Shown: positions 1 to 8,614 of the stretch, one piece after another
Numbering within the stretch: the stretch's first letter is position 1
Layout: each line of letters opens with the position of its first letter
Origin: Methanomicrobiales archaeon
Lineage (GTDB): Archaea > Halobacteriota > Methanomicrobia > Methanomicrobiales > Methanospirillaceae
Reading direction: 5' to 3'
NCBI GenBank assembly: GCA_037137755.1
Contig: JBAXJR010000043.1
Span: forward strand, 1-18,848
DNA length: 18,848 nucleotides
Notes under the pieces: generated by a model
Told to the model about the DNA's origin: nothing
Databases searched by the model: none
Seen by the model: only the letters and a program-made list of their open reading frames with translations
Position numbers and translations under genes: made by a program

Positions 1-1241
1 AGGATCTTATCCTTCAGGCGCCTGCCATGGCATTTCGGGCAATCTGATATCCGCATGAATTTCTCGAGTTCCCGTTTCCGGTATTCGGACTGTGTCTGGT
101 GATACAGGCGGGTCGCCTGTGGCAGGAGACCTTCCCATGCTCCCTTGTGCGACCATTGGGCATCTCCGTTTTTCATGCTCATCGAGAACCGGATCTGCTC
201 TTCGGAACCGTACATCAGGGCATTATATTGCGGAGTTGTAAGGTCTTTAATCGGTGTAAACACCGAGAAACCGAAATGTTTTGCAACGGCTCCGAGGTGC
301 TGGCTCCGGTAACCATCGAGAAAATTGCGGTACATCGCGACCGCTCCATCGGCGAGCGGGAGTTTCTTATCAGGGATAATCAGGTCCGCATCAAATTCCA
401 TCCTGATCCCAAGACCGTTACATTCCTCGCAGGCGCCGAACGGGCTGTTGAATGAAAACATCCGTGGCTGGAGCTCCTCAAAGGTTATGCCACATTCGGG
501 GCAGGCCATGTTTGCCGAATAGGTGGTTTCCCTGCCATCACCATCGAATGCGATAACAAGCCCTTCTGATTTTTTCAGTGCATTCTCGCAAGCTTCCGCG
601 AGACGCGAGCGATCCGTCGAATCGAGCCTGTCAATGACCACGTCGATATCATGCTTCTTGTAGCGCTCAAGCGGGACTTCTTCATCAGTGCGGTGGATTT
701 CGCCATTGATACGGACTCTTGAGTATCCTTCTTTGTTCAGGTCCTTGATTACCTGTAAGTAGGTCCCTTTTTTCTGCCGGATAATCGGGGAAAGGATTGT
801 TACCTGCCCGGGGTATTCCTCTGCAATGCTTTCAGCAATACGGACCGGCGACTGTGCCTCTATCCGGATATTATGAACCGGGCAGTATGGGACACCGATA
901 CGGGCAAAGAGAAGCCGAAGATAGTCGTAAATTTCAGTGACCGTTCCAACGGTACTTCTCGGGTTCTTGGATGTGGTCTTCTGTTCAATTGAAATTGCCG
1001 GAGAGAGACCTTCAATTGCATCAACATCAGGTTTCTGCATTAATCCAAGGAACTGGCGGGCGTATGCGGAAAGCGATTCTACATACCGCCGTTGTCCTTC
1101 AGCGTAAATAGTATCGAATGCAAGCGTTGACTTCCCGGACCCGGAAAGGCCGGTAATGACTATTAACTTATCGCGTGGGAGCTCGACGGTGATATTTTTC
1201 AGGTTATGCTGCCGGGCCCCTTTTATGATGATTTTCTTCAT
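1..1241 (-). CDS. uvrA: Excinuclease ABC subunit A (5' part; runs off the window start)
   Basis: Manual translation from ATG at 1241: [66 protein letters not shown], the UvrA N-terminus with Walker A. Missing from the ORF track, as expected if its stop lies outside the window. Confidence 0.97.
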   Translation of the reverse strand, partial: MKKIIIKGARQHNLKNITVELPRDKLIVITGLSGSGKSTLAFDTIYAEGQRRYVESLSAYARQFLGLMQKPDVDAIEGLSPAISIEQKTTSKNPRSTVGTVTEIYDYLRLLFARIGVPYCPVHNIRIEAQSPVRIAESIAEEYPGQVTILSPIIRQKKGTYLQVIKDLNKEGYSRVRINGEIHRTDEEVPLERYKKHDIDVVIDRLDSTDRSRLAEACENALKKSEGLVIAFDGDGRETTYSANMACPECGITFEELQPRMFSFNSPFGACEECNGLGIRMEFDADLIIPDKKLPLADGAVAMYRNFLDGYRSQHLGAVAKHFGFSVFTPIKDLTTPQYNALMYGSEEQIRFSMSMKNGDAQWSHKGAWEGLLPQATRLYHQTQSEYRKRELEKFMRISDCPKCHGRRLKDKI

Positions 1242-1485
1242 TGTAAACAGTGGGAAATAGGTCTGTGCTGTACCCTAATAGAGCGATTGATCGGGGTAAG
1301 GTGGGAGGGGTGTAATGGGTTGTCTTATAACCCAGAACTGAAAGGAAAAAAACTGTCAAGAATTACTGCATCGGGAAAGCGGGCGATAATTTGAGTGGTA
1401 GCGTAAGGATCTTTTCGGTAAAAACGAAACTCAGATCCCCACAATATCGATGACTCTTCATAGGTAAAAAGCGACGAATCGAATC

Positions 1486-1798
1486 CATAAGATTAGGCAC
1501 TATTTCCTATGCACCATCATCCACTTCGTTTTTCAATATATGGTTCAACTTCATCCCACAACGTTTCTGGGGTTAAGGACTGTCTTGTGAGAAATCTGTG
1601 GAACGCATCATGGGAGAAAACAATCCCATTCGGGGAATAACAATCTGCGCTTTCACGCATGATACATCACATGTTGCTGCAACAAGGAGAGTTATGTAGT
1701 GTAAGTCAGAAATCTGGATCCTTGTAACTACATAATATATTCGGTTATTTATATATATTGATATTTCTATTAGATTCTGCCTTTGTGTAACTCCTATG
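1486..1798 (-). mobile_element. Internally deleted IS701-family element (MITE-like relic)
   Basis: Imperfect terminal inverted repeats CATAAGATTAGGCA (1486-1499) and TGTGTAACTCCTATG (1784-1798, reverse complement CATAGGAGTTACACA) enclose a broken transposase fragment. Confidence 0.75.
1494..1728 (-). pseudogene. IS701-like transposase remnant
   Basis: VTRIQISDLHYITLLVAATCDVSCVKA, 1-nt frameshift near 1647, then DCYSPNGIVFSHDAFHRFLTRQSLTPETLWDEVEPYIEKRSG* (TGA 1519-1517), then WCIGNSA* ending in the terminal repeat. Resembles the N-terminus of methanogen IS701 transposases (Y..FL.A...SC..AA.CY...SHDAF.R.L.RQ....E.LW.EV). No DDE core. Confidence 0.8.
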
Positions 1799-2177
1799 TA
1801 AGAGCCATTGTTTCCTTCACCTGTATTTTTACATTCATTTTCCTTGATTTATTATTTATAACTTTGCACCCCTGTACATTGAGAAAACGGTAGTATCAGC
1901 CTGCATATCCAAAAGGATCATCAAATTGGAATCCCTTCATCGGTCATCAGGTGTTAAGGGTGTATGTCCAGTCTCAATGAGATGATACCATTGGTGGCTT
2001 GTACAAATCGGCAGGAGGGACCAGGATTGCCATCCATCCGGCTGGTGGTGAAGTAACAAGGTAACATATCTGCCAGGAGGAGACCGGCACGATATCTTTT
2101 TTACCCGGGTGAAAAGATTCACCAAGGGTACTCCTTCATTAATTAGGCGGGAGAAAATAGTACCGGGTGGATTACTG

Positions 2178-2603
2178 GTGCAGGATTACTGGGTTGATCG
2201 CAAACAAATTATAGGATTTATCGGCTCCATTTTCATTATTTTTGGAACATTCCTTCCAATCTACACAATAAACCTGTTTTTTCTTGGACAGGTACCCATT
2301 TCACTGGTTGACATCCCCATAATGGGGAAACCCATAGCCATTATCCTGATCGCAATGGGCATATTATCAATTACGGCAATAGCATTTGAAAAATATACCC
2401 TGTTATACCTGGCCGGAGTGGTTTCTTTGTGTTCCATTCTGGCTACGTTCATAATTGTTGAAGCAGGCTTCGTGATTCTGTCTGATATACTGCCAAAGGT
2501 GGTATTTACGGTTGTCAATAGTATTTTTGGTTATGATTTCGGATGGATTTTCTTACTTACCGGGTCAACGTTCCTTTTGGTTGCTGCAAAATTACAGGAT
2601 TAA
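2178..2603 (+). CDS. Hypothetical integral membrane protein (~4 TM)
   Basis: ORF 2109..2603 with several long hydrophobic segments. In-frame GTG at 2178 preceded by GGTGGA is the likelier start. Confidence 0.8.
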   Translation: MQDYWVDRKQIIGFIGSIFIIFGTFLPIYTINLFFLGQVPISLVDIPIMGKPIAIILIAMGILSITAIAFEKYTLLYLAGVVSLCSILATFIIVEAGFVILSDILPKVVFTVVNSIFGYDFGWIFLLTGSTFLLVAAKLQD

Positions 2604-2773
2604 CGACGGGTATGAAAAACTCCCTGTGGCCATTATCAGGAGCACCGTTTTCATGCTCATCTATGGGACCAAAGGGGCCCATAGCACGCTTTGTTGAAAC
2701 ACGCATAAACAGGTGAGCACCGCTGGCGTCCCGGTACCATTTCAGATTACCACCTGGATACCGGTGCTGGCAA

Positions 2774-3304
2774 TTATTCATCACTACCGGGATCACCGGT
2801 ATGCAGGACAGGATAGCACCCTGCCATCTTTTCATAAAACTGCTGGTGACATTCATCAGCCCGATAAAATGTTGAAGCTGGGGTGACCCGGGTCATTACG
2901 CTATCCTTACAACGCCCGCTTTGTCGTAATTCTCTCATATACTCCTCTGCCAGCTGCGTATCCTGTCCAGTATGAACAAAGATTACCGGTTCGTACTGGG
3001 TCCCTGAGTACTCCCCCTGCTGCCTTCTGCAGGGGTCATGAGACCTGAAAAAAATATCGAGGAGCTCCTGGTATGAAATGCAACCCGGGTCATAAGCGAT
3101 CATGACCACCTCGGAATGTCCGGTCTGCCCGGTGCAGACCTCCTCGTAGGTGGGTGCAGTCACGGTACCTCCCATAAATCCCACGGAAGTTGCAACAACG
3201 CCTTTGACGTGGCGGAACGCCGATTCGGTATCCCAGAAGGATCCTGCACAGAACGTGGCAATGCGGGTTATTTTTTCCGTTTCTTCACTATCCAATGCAC
3301 ACAA
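2774..3304 (-). CDS. msrA: Peptide methionine sulfoxide reductase MsrA-like protein (atypical active site)
   Basis: ATFCAGSFWDTE, VGFMGG, PTYEEVCTGQTGHSEVV, GTQY and FYRADECHQQF match MsrA, but GCFW reads GSFW. Confidence 0.88.
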   Translation of the reverse strand: MCALDSEETEKITRIATFCAGSFWDTESAFRHVKGVVATSVGFMGGTVTAPTYEEVCTGQTGHSEVVMIAYDPGCISYQELLDIFFRSHDPCRRQQGEYSGTQYEPVIFVHTGQDTQLAEEYMRELRQSGRCKDSVMTRVTPASTFYRADECHQQFYEKMAGCYPVLHTGDPGSDE

Positions 3305-3314
3305 CCCCTGGATC

Positions 3315-4841
3315 TCATGCCCCGGACAATATAATCCTGCTGACGTTTTTCCCGGACATCATCGTTTTTAATACCCCGGGGCCGGGATAGGTCCAGTGAC
3401 CAGCGATGAACAGGCCATGGGTATAGGGTACTTTCTGCCGCCACATCCTTGGCCGGCGCCACCCATACACCGCTCCCTCGTCATTCCCTGTGCAGGACCG
3501 GTAACTAACCGGCGTGGCAACCGTTATTTCCGCAATATGTGATAACAGGCCTGGGACAACCTCATCAGCCCGCTTGATAAGCGAAGCAGCGTACTGTTTC
3601 TTAAATTCATAATACTCACCGGTTTTTTCACACTGCGGCCCGGAATGCCAGTTGTTTTCGTACATAAACCGTACCGGGGCCATGATCTGGACAAGAGACA
3701 ACCCGTCCTGGATGTTTTCCCGGCCCTGTTCCGGGAAATGAATGAATAATGAAACGCTGTCAGGTTCATCGGAGGTGAACAACGCTTCCTCATCAACAGC
3801 GGGATTTACCACCCGTACCCCTGTCCTTCCTTCTCCTCCCATTCCGGAGGGCAGGGTGGTACTCACGGTAACCGTGACATACGAATCCGACAGGGGAATT
3901 TTTGCGAGTTTCTCCCGGAACAGGCGGGGGGCCCCCTTGTCCGGTAGCAAGGTAAAGAACAGGTCCTTCATGTCAATTGTTGATAAAACCATGCCACCAT
4001 TGATAGTACTTTCATCTGCCAGCGTTACTCCGGTGACCTGTCCATCGGAAACATTGACCGACGTAACCTGTGCCCTGGTCCTTATCACCCCGCCATGTAT
4101 CTGAAAACACCCGTTGAGGGATTCGACAATCGATTCAACCCCACCAACCGGGTAAAAAACATTGCCTTCGACGACATTCCCGAGGAACTGGAGGAGATCA
4201 AGGGCACGGGCACCACGTAGAGGGACAACGGACCGGAGCGCAGACCGGAGGCATTGCATCTCCACACCTGGAAATATTGAACTGAGGAGCTGCCCGACCG
4301 GCATCCTTCCGTATTCCATGCTCATCGGTAGTTTTCTCTGCATTGTAAGGCCCAGGAACAGTCGTTTGAAAAATGACATCAACTCTGGGCTTTCCAGCGG
4401 CAACGCCCTTGTTTCGTATTGGATCTGCCTCGAAAGATCAATCAGCCTGCCGATTCCCAGGCTTACTTTTTCCCGGTATTCCTCCGTGACCAGTCCATGG
4501 GCCGATCCTTCAAATTTTTCCCTGTCCCGGGTTATGATAAGGCTTTTCCCGGGACAGGGGCCCGAGACCAAAAAGACCGGGTCAGGAGGGGTGAACGTGA
4601 TCTCTGCAGCCCCCAGCTCCCGGAGTATCCCGTTTATCAGGCCAGGGTCATTCACCAGGTGGGCAGCCGCCGGCATGGTGCGTCCGCCGCCGGTTGAAGG
4701 AGCCCCGCAACAGCCACCCGCCACGTCCTGCTGCTCAAGGAGGAGAACTGACTTACCTGCCATTGCAAGGTAAGCACCTGACGTAAGCCCTGCAAGTCCT
4801 CCACCAATCACAATGATATCCCATGTGGTTTCTTCCGTCAT
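3315..4841 (-). CDS. FAD/NAD(P)-dependent oxidoreductase, phytoene desaturase-like family
   Basis: N-terminal DIIVIGGGLAGL...VLLLEQ...GG Rossmann motif, internal YPVGG, C-terminal GAVYGW and LFIAGHWTYPGPGV; 508 aa; ends 10 bp before the msrA-like gene. Confidence 0.88.
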   Translation of the reverse strand: MTEETTWDIIVIGGGLAGLTSGAYLAMAGKSVLLLEQQDVAGGCCGAPSTGGGRTMPAAAHLVNDPGLINGILRELGAAEITFTPPDPVFLVSGPCPGKSLIITRDREKFEGSAHGLVTEEYREKVSLGIGRLIDLSRQIQYETRALPLESPELMSFFKRLFLGLTMQRKLPMSMEYGRMPVGQLLSSIFPGVEMQCLRSALRSVVPLRGARALDLLQFLGNVVEGNVFYPVGGVESIVESLNGCFQIHGGVIRTRAQVTSVNVSDGQVTGVTLADESTINGGMVLSTIDMKDLFFTLLPDKGAPRLFREKLAKIPLSDSYVTVTVSTTLPSGMGGEGRTGVRVVNPAVDEEALFTSDEPDSVSLFIHFPEQGRENIQDGLSLVQIMAPVRFMYENNWHSGPQCEKTGEYYEFKKQYAASLIKRADEVVPGLLSHIAEITVATPVSYRSCTGNDEGAVYGWRRPRMWRQKVPYTHGLFIAGHWTYPGPGVLKTMMSGKNVSRIILSGA

Positions 4842-5311
4842 ACTATACCTCCCATCGCATTGCGACCAGACCGATTAACATTTTCTGGTTGTTCCCCGTT
4901 TGGAAAATTACAACATATCATTCCCGTCACCCGGTTATATCCTTTCGCCGGACCGTTTCACTCCTCCCCTGCCAGGTGATGCCCCGTTGAACATGGGATA
5001 ATCCCCGGAGATCCGCCCATTGACCCCGAACCATCATGTATCCCGTTGTTACCTTGATTTTTGCCGGGAAATCGTTGAAGACCCCGACCATTCATTTCCC
5101 AGGCGTTTCTATGATGGAATACCCGGGCCGGCATACCGGGTACCATTCAATACCAGGCGTATAGAGAAGGCCGCGATTAAATATACGATGGCGTACTATT
5201 CAGGAACAGGGACCATTTAAAACCCGCAGGTTTGTTACAGCCAGCGGGATGGTCACCTGGCATGGGTGCGATCCAGATACTTTTTCTCTCCCGGGGTTGA
5301 TTCCGGATGTA

Positions 5312-5842
5312 ATGGTTGATGAGACTGATATCCCGGATGCCGCGAAATGGCTGATAGCAAGCCGCCTTGCGTCCCGTCTCCCTGTTATGTACGACATCGC
5401 GTTTCGGAAGAAACTGGGAGAGGAGTATGACGAGCTTGAACAGGACATCTGGATAGAGACAGGAAAAGAGGCTAAATCTGTCGCCGATGCTTTTAAACTC
5501 CCGGTGAAGACAGCGCCGGACCTTGCGAATACCTACCGGACGATTTCAAAGATCTTTTTCAGCCCGGATTATAACATGGAGCATCTTAAAATCGAAGAAG
5601 ACCGGTCGGTCGTGAGGGTCACAAAATGCCCGTTCATTTTCCGCGAAATGGAAATGCGGGGCCATACGGAACCCCTATTTTCCAAGTGCCTTGCATTCAG
5701 CATATCCGCAATTGAGACCCTTAACCCTGATTACTCGCTCAGGTTCGTACGGAGCATGTGCATGGGTGATAAGGCATGCGAGATGAAAATCGTCCGGAAA
5801 GATACCCTTTCCGATGATAAGAAAACAGTTCCGAAAAAGTGA
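5312..5842 (+). CDS. Hypothetical protein, V4R / ATC-hydrolase-like fold with four Cys
   Basis: ORF 5249..5842; in-frame ATG 5312 preferred. C-terminal VRVTKCPF...KCLAF...LNPDY...SMCMGDKACE pattern. Confidence 0.75.
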   Translation: MVDETDIPDAAKWLIASRLASRLPVMYDIAFRKKLGEEYDELEQDIWIETGKEAKSVADAFKLPVKTAPDLANTYRTISKIFFSPDYNMEHLKIEEDRSVVRVTKCPFIFREMEMRGHTEPLFSKCLAFSISAIETLNPDYSLRFVRSMCMGDKACEMKIVRKDTLSDDKKTVPKK

Positions 5843-5865
5843 TAGAGGCCAGGGGTGAAGGAAGA

Positions 5866-7047
5866 TCACGGAGACACCGGAAGCCCGTTTAAAAGGGCGA
5901 TATCCTGGAAAGCCTTCGCGGTGTACCGTGCCTGTGCATCAGTCATTCCATAGGTATTAAACTTCCAGACTTTCGTTGCACCGGGGATTGTCCCGGCAAT
6001 GCCTTTTTCTTTAAGGGCACTGGTAAGGAAGAAGCCGCGTTTTTTATGAGTCCTGGCCACCGTATCGAAAGACCCGGTCGTATCGATCCTTGTCAGCGTA
6101 TGCTTCCTCGGGTACTCTGACTTTACTTCGGTTCCCGAAATAGCAAGAAGTGCATCCAAGATCATAGTGCCGTTTGAAAGGTGACGGTCCCAGTGCTTCA
6201 CCCGTTCGCGTACGTGGGGGAACGAGGCCATCATACCGACGAGCGTGACGCCCATGAGGGTGCAGCCCATCATCTCGACTTCCTTGATTCCGAATGTACG
6301 TTTTGTCAGGTCTGCTTGGGCCTTGGTAGTCCTAAACACTTCCTCTGCACGTTCTTTTGTTACGGCAAGCACACCGGAGGGAGCAGGTGAGGCCATGCTC
6401 TTGTGCGCTGATCCAACAACAAAATCCGCACCAAGGTCACGGCCGTCGACCGGCATAATGCCGACAGTATATGCCCCATTATAGAGCACCGGGATATCGT
6501 TCTGTTTCGCGACCTTTATGATCCCTTTCACTTCATGCTCGTTACCGAACTGGTAATCGAAATGGTCGATGTAGAGAAGTTTCGGGGGCCGCCCGTATTC
6601 ACGCCGCACCGCATCGATCTTCTCTCCCGCAGCATCGGCCGTGATAATATTTTCCTGGCTCTTCTGGATCTCGAGAGGGATCCCTCCATACGCCTCGACC
6701 GAGAGGAACTCAGTATAATGTGACAGGGCAGTAAGAAGTACCGGGTCACCCTTTTGTATATATGTCCCTGCAACCGCCTGGAAACCCCTTCGTGCCCCTG
6801 GTACTACGCGGGCCTCGTCCATGTTCACGAACGCCGCAAGATCGCGGTGGAACGCATCAATGGGGGGACTTTTAATCATGTCAAGGCGGTTTGGTTTCCT
6901 GCAGTTGTCACAGACCGAATACCCGTCGCCATACGCAATGACTGCCTTCATCGCATCCGCAGTGAGCCGCCCCCCGACCTGGATCGGGTCGATATTGATC
7001 GAATTCTCGTCAATGTCACGGACATCAAGTGAAAGTCCGCACTTCAT
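5866..7047 (-). CDS. pscS: O-phospho-L-seryl-tRNA:Cys-tRNA synthase (SepCysS)
   Basis: INIDPIQVGGRLT, YGDGYSVCDNC (CxxC), PLP lysine in GSAHKS, MMGCT (third catalytic Cys); 393 aa. Confidence 0.96.
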   Translation of the reverse strand: MKCGLSLDVRDIDENSINIDPIQVGGRLTADAMKAVIAYGDGYSVCDNCRKPNRLDMIKSPPIDAFHRDLAAFVNMDEARVVPGARRGFQAVAGTYIQKGDPVLLTALSHYTEFLSVEAYGGIPLEIQKSQENIITADAAGEKIDAVRREYGRPPKLLYIDHFDYQFGNEHEVKGIIKVAKQNDIPVLYNGAYTVGIMPVDGRDLGADFVVGSAHKSMASPAPSGVLAVTKERAEEVFRTTKAQADLTKRTFGIKEVEMMGCTLMGVTLVGMMASFPHVRERVKHWDRHLSNGTMILDALLAISGTEVKSEYPRKHTLTRIDTTGSFDTVARTHKKRGFFLTSALKEKGIAGTIPGATKVWKFNTYGMTDAQARYTAKAFQDIALLNGLPVSP

Positions 7048-7226
7048 CCCACCATCTCCTTCCTGATGACCTTCACCTGCTCTTCGAGTTCCACGAGCGT
7101 CCGTCCCACTATAGCCTGCTGACTCTCATCAAGCTCGTGAACAGGGGCTGTATCGCGAAGTATTACCCGTAAATCGGTGAGCAGGAACATCGCCTGGAAT
7201 ACTGAATCGACGGCCCGTTTCGACAT
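7044..7226 (-). CDS. pscN: Small helical SepCysS partner (SepCysSn, similar to SepCysE N-terminal domain)
   Basis: 60-aa helical ORF MSKRAVDSVFQAMFLLTDLRVILRDTAP...; ATG 7226 with GTGAT upstream; 4-bp ATGA overlap with the pscS start. Confidence 0.75.
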   Translation of the reverse strand: MSKRAVDSVFQAMFLLTDLRVILRDTAPVHELDESQQAIVGRTLVELEEQVKVIRKEMVG

Positions 7227-7492
7227 CAAATCACTATACTAATATCGATTATTATGAATTAAGTAACCGCCCGTGCTTTTTCTGTTACCCGGGATGTAAT
7301 GCATAGGACAGGGGGGATTTCCAAAATAAAAACTCAGTTGAAATCCGGTGTATACGAAAAAGGAAGCACAACTATACAGGCGGAGGGGAATTTCGCCCCA
7401 CCTTTTGCAGGCTTGAAAAAAATATTCCTGAAGGTTCGATGCCAGTTCCTTACCCATGGTATTTATTCCCCCAAAGCGGCAATCACTGGCAT

Positions 7493-8233
7493 ATGCTGCC
7501 AACCGGTCGTACATTCATGGAACAGACCCGGTATGAATACCTGACGGTATCTGACCAGACACAGGGGCGTCATGCTCCCCCGCTGGAAAAAGTTGTTCCC
7601 CGGAATGCTCTCGTCATCCCGCTTCCCAAACCAGAAGACATCACAGTGCAGGCACTGGATCTCCGTACTGCTATCGAGCAGCGGCGTTCTACCCGTCACT
7701 ATGCCCCTGATCCGCTTACCATCGAAGAACTTGCCTACCTGTGCTGGTGCACCATGGGGATCGTGGAAGTGAAGGCGCCGTTCTACACGCTCCGTAACGT
7801 CCCTTCTGCGGGTGGTCGGCACGCGTTGGAGACCTACCTTCTCATCAACCGGGTCAATGGTATACAACCCGGCCTGTACCGCTACCTCGCCTTCTCCCAC
7901 GGTCTTGCCGCCATTGACACATCCGGCGGAGTTTCCGATAGAATAATGGCTGCATGTCTCGGGCAGGCCTTTGTGCGATCATCAGCAGTATCATTCATCT
8001 GGTCAGCGATAGTCTACCGGATGGCATGGAGGTACAGCGAACGGGCGTACAGGCTTATACACCTCGACGCCGGGCATGCCTGCCAGAACCTCTACCTTGC
8101 CGCGGGGCAGATCGGCTGTGGAGCATGTGCAATCGGGGCATTTGATGACCAACAGATGGCAGATGCCCTGGATATTGACGGAGAGGAGGAATTTGTACTG
8201 TACTGTGCAACGGTGGGGAGGAAAAGTGAATGA
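7493..8233 (+). CDS. SagB/ThcOx-family nitroreductase-like FMN dehydrogenase
   Basis: AIEQRRSTRHY, RNVPSAGGRHALETY, RYSERAYRLIHLDAGHACQNLYL, GACAIGAFDD. In-frame ATG 7493 preferred over 7439. Confidence 0.92.
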   Translation: MLPTGRTFMEQTRYEYLTVSDQTQGRHAPPLEKVVPRNALVIPLPKPEDITVQALDLRTAIEQRRSTRHYAPDPLTIEELAYLCWCTMGIVEVKAPFYTLRNVPSAGGRHALETYLLINRVNGIQPGLYRYLAFSHGLAAIDTSGGVSDRIMAACLGQAFVRSSAVSFIWSAIVYRMAWRYSERAYRLIHLDAGHACQNLYLAAGQIGCGACAIGAFDDQQMADALDIDGEEEFVLYCATVGRKSE

Positions 8234-8300
8234 GGCATTCTGCAGGGCGGATAATCCCCTCCGGCCGGAATGGATAAAAAAAGGTATCGTGGGAAGCCCC

Positions 8301-8423
8301 AATGATAACGAACCGTCCATGTGAGTCCGGCTCTTAACCCCAGTAGCTTTGCACCCTGCGATACCAGGGCACCACCCCGAAGTTTTGGCGGCCCTGGTTG
8401 GGACAGGGAATCGTCGTATCATT
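8301..8423. other. Candidate structured intergenic element (nested stems)
   Basis: AATGATAACGA (8301-8311) pairs with TCGTATCATT (8414-8423) with one bulge and encloses hairpin 8354-8408 (CCCTG/CAGGG; ACCAGGGC/GCCCTGGT). Confidence 0.35.
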
Positions 8424-8563
8424 CTCTGAAATTTTCAGGAACCCTTCAGGTCAACCCTGCCTTCAGGATATCTTATCGGGGGGACCTGGATGGGTTGAAA
8501 CCTCCTCCTGTATGCTTCTTTTGTCTCCTTTTTTTACCACGCTGGGTTTCAACCACAATGCTC

Positions 8564-8590
8564 AAAAAAAATCTCTTTGTAATAAAAAAA
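8564..8590 (-). terminator. Oligo-T terminator candidates downstream of the secreted protein gene
   Basis: Two A runs on + (T7 and T8 on -) about 25-50 nt after the stop at 8615. Confidence 0.45.
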
Positions 8591-8614
8591 GTGATCCAGT
8601 CCTGCTCCGGGGAT

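Noticed and set aside
99-522. Plus-strand ORFs 99..455 and 325..522
   Set aside because: Antisense shadows of uvrA. The same applies to most short ORFs overlapping the large genes.
1937-2125. 62-aa minus-strand ORF
   Set aside because: No recognisable motif, atypical composition, and it overlaps the upstream region of the membrane-protein gene.
4958-5220. ORFs 4958..5146 and 5020..5220 and an imperfect hairpin near 5115-5148
   Set aside because: No motifs or RBS; they lie in a divergent promoter region and the hairpin is weak.
7376-7410. FMN-riboswitch-like look of AGGCGGAGGGGAATTTCGCCCCACC upstream of the flavoprotein gene
   Set aside because: Only a short GGGG/CCCC stem; the other conserved FMN aptamer segments are absent.
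7493-8233. RiPP (azole) biosynthetic cluster around the SagB-type gene
   Set aside because: No YcaO, E1-like protein or precursor peptide nearby; standalone SagB-like nitroreductases are common in methanogens.
8289-8334. Group II intron
   Set aside because: The domain V-like stem is too short, has no GNRA loop, and there are no upstream domains or RT ORF. Kept only as part of the structured-RNA candidate.
8461-8580. CRISPR-like ends TTGAAAC ... GTTTCAA with a ~44-nt gap
   Set aside because: No direct repeat is shared between the two flanks and there are no cas genes; it is only an inverted repeat.
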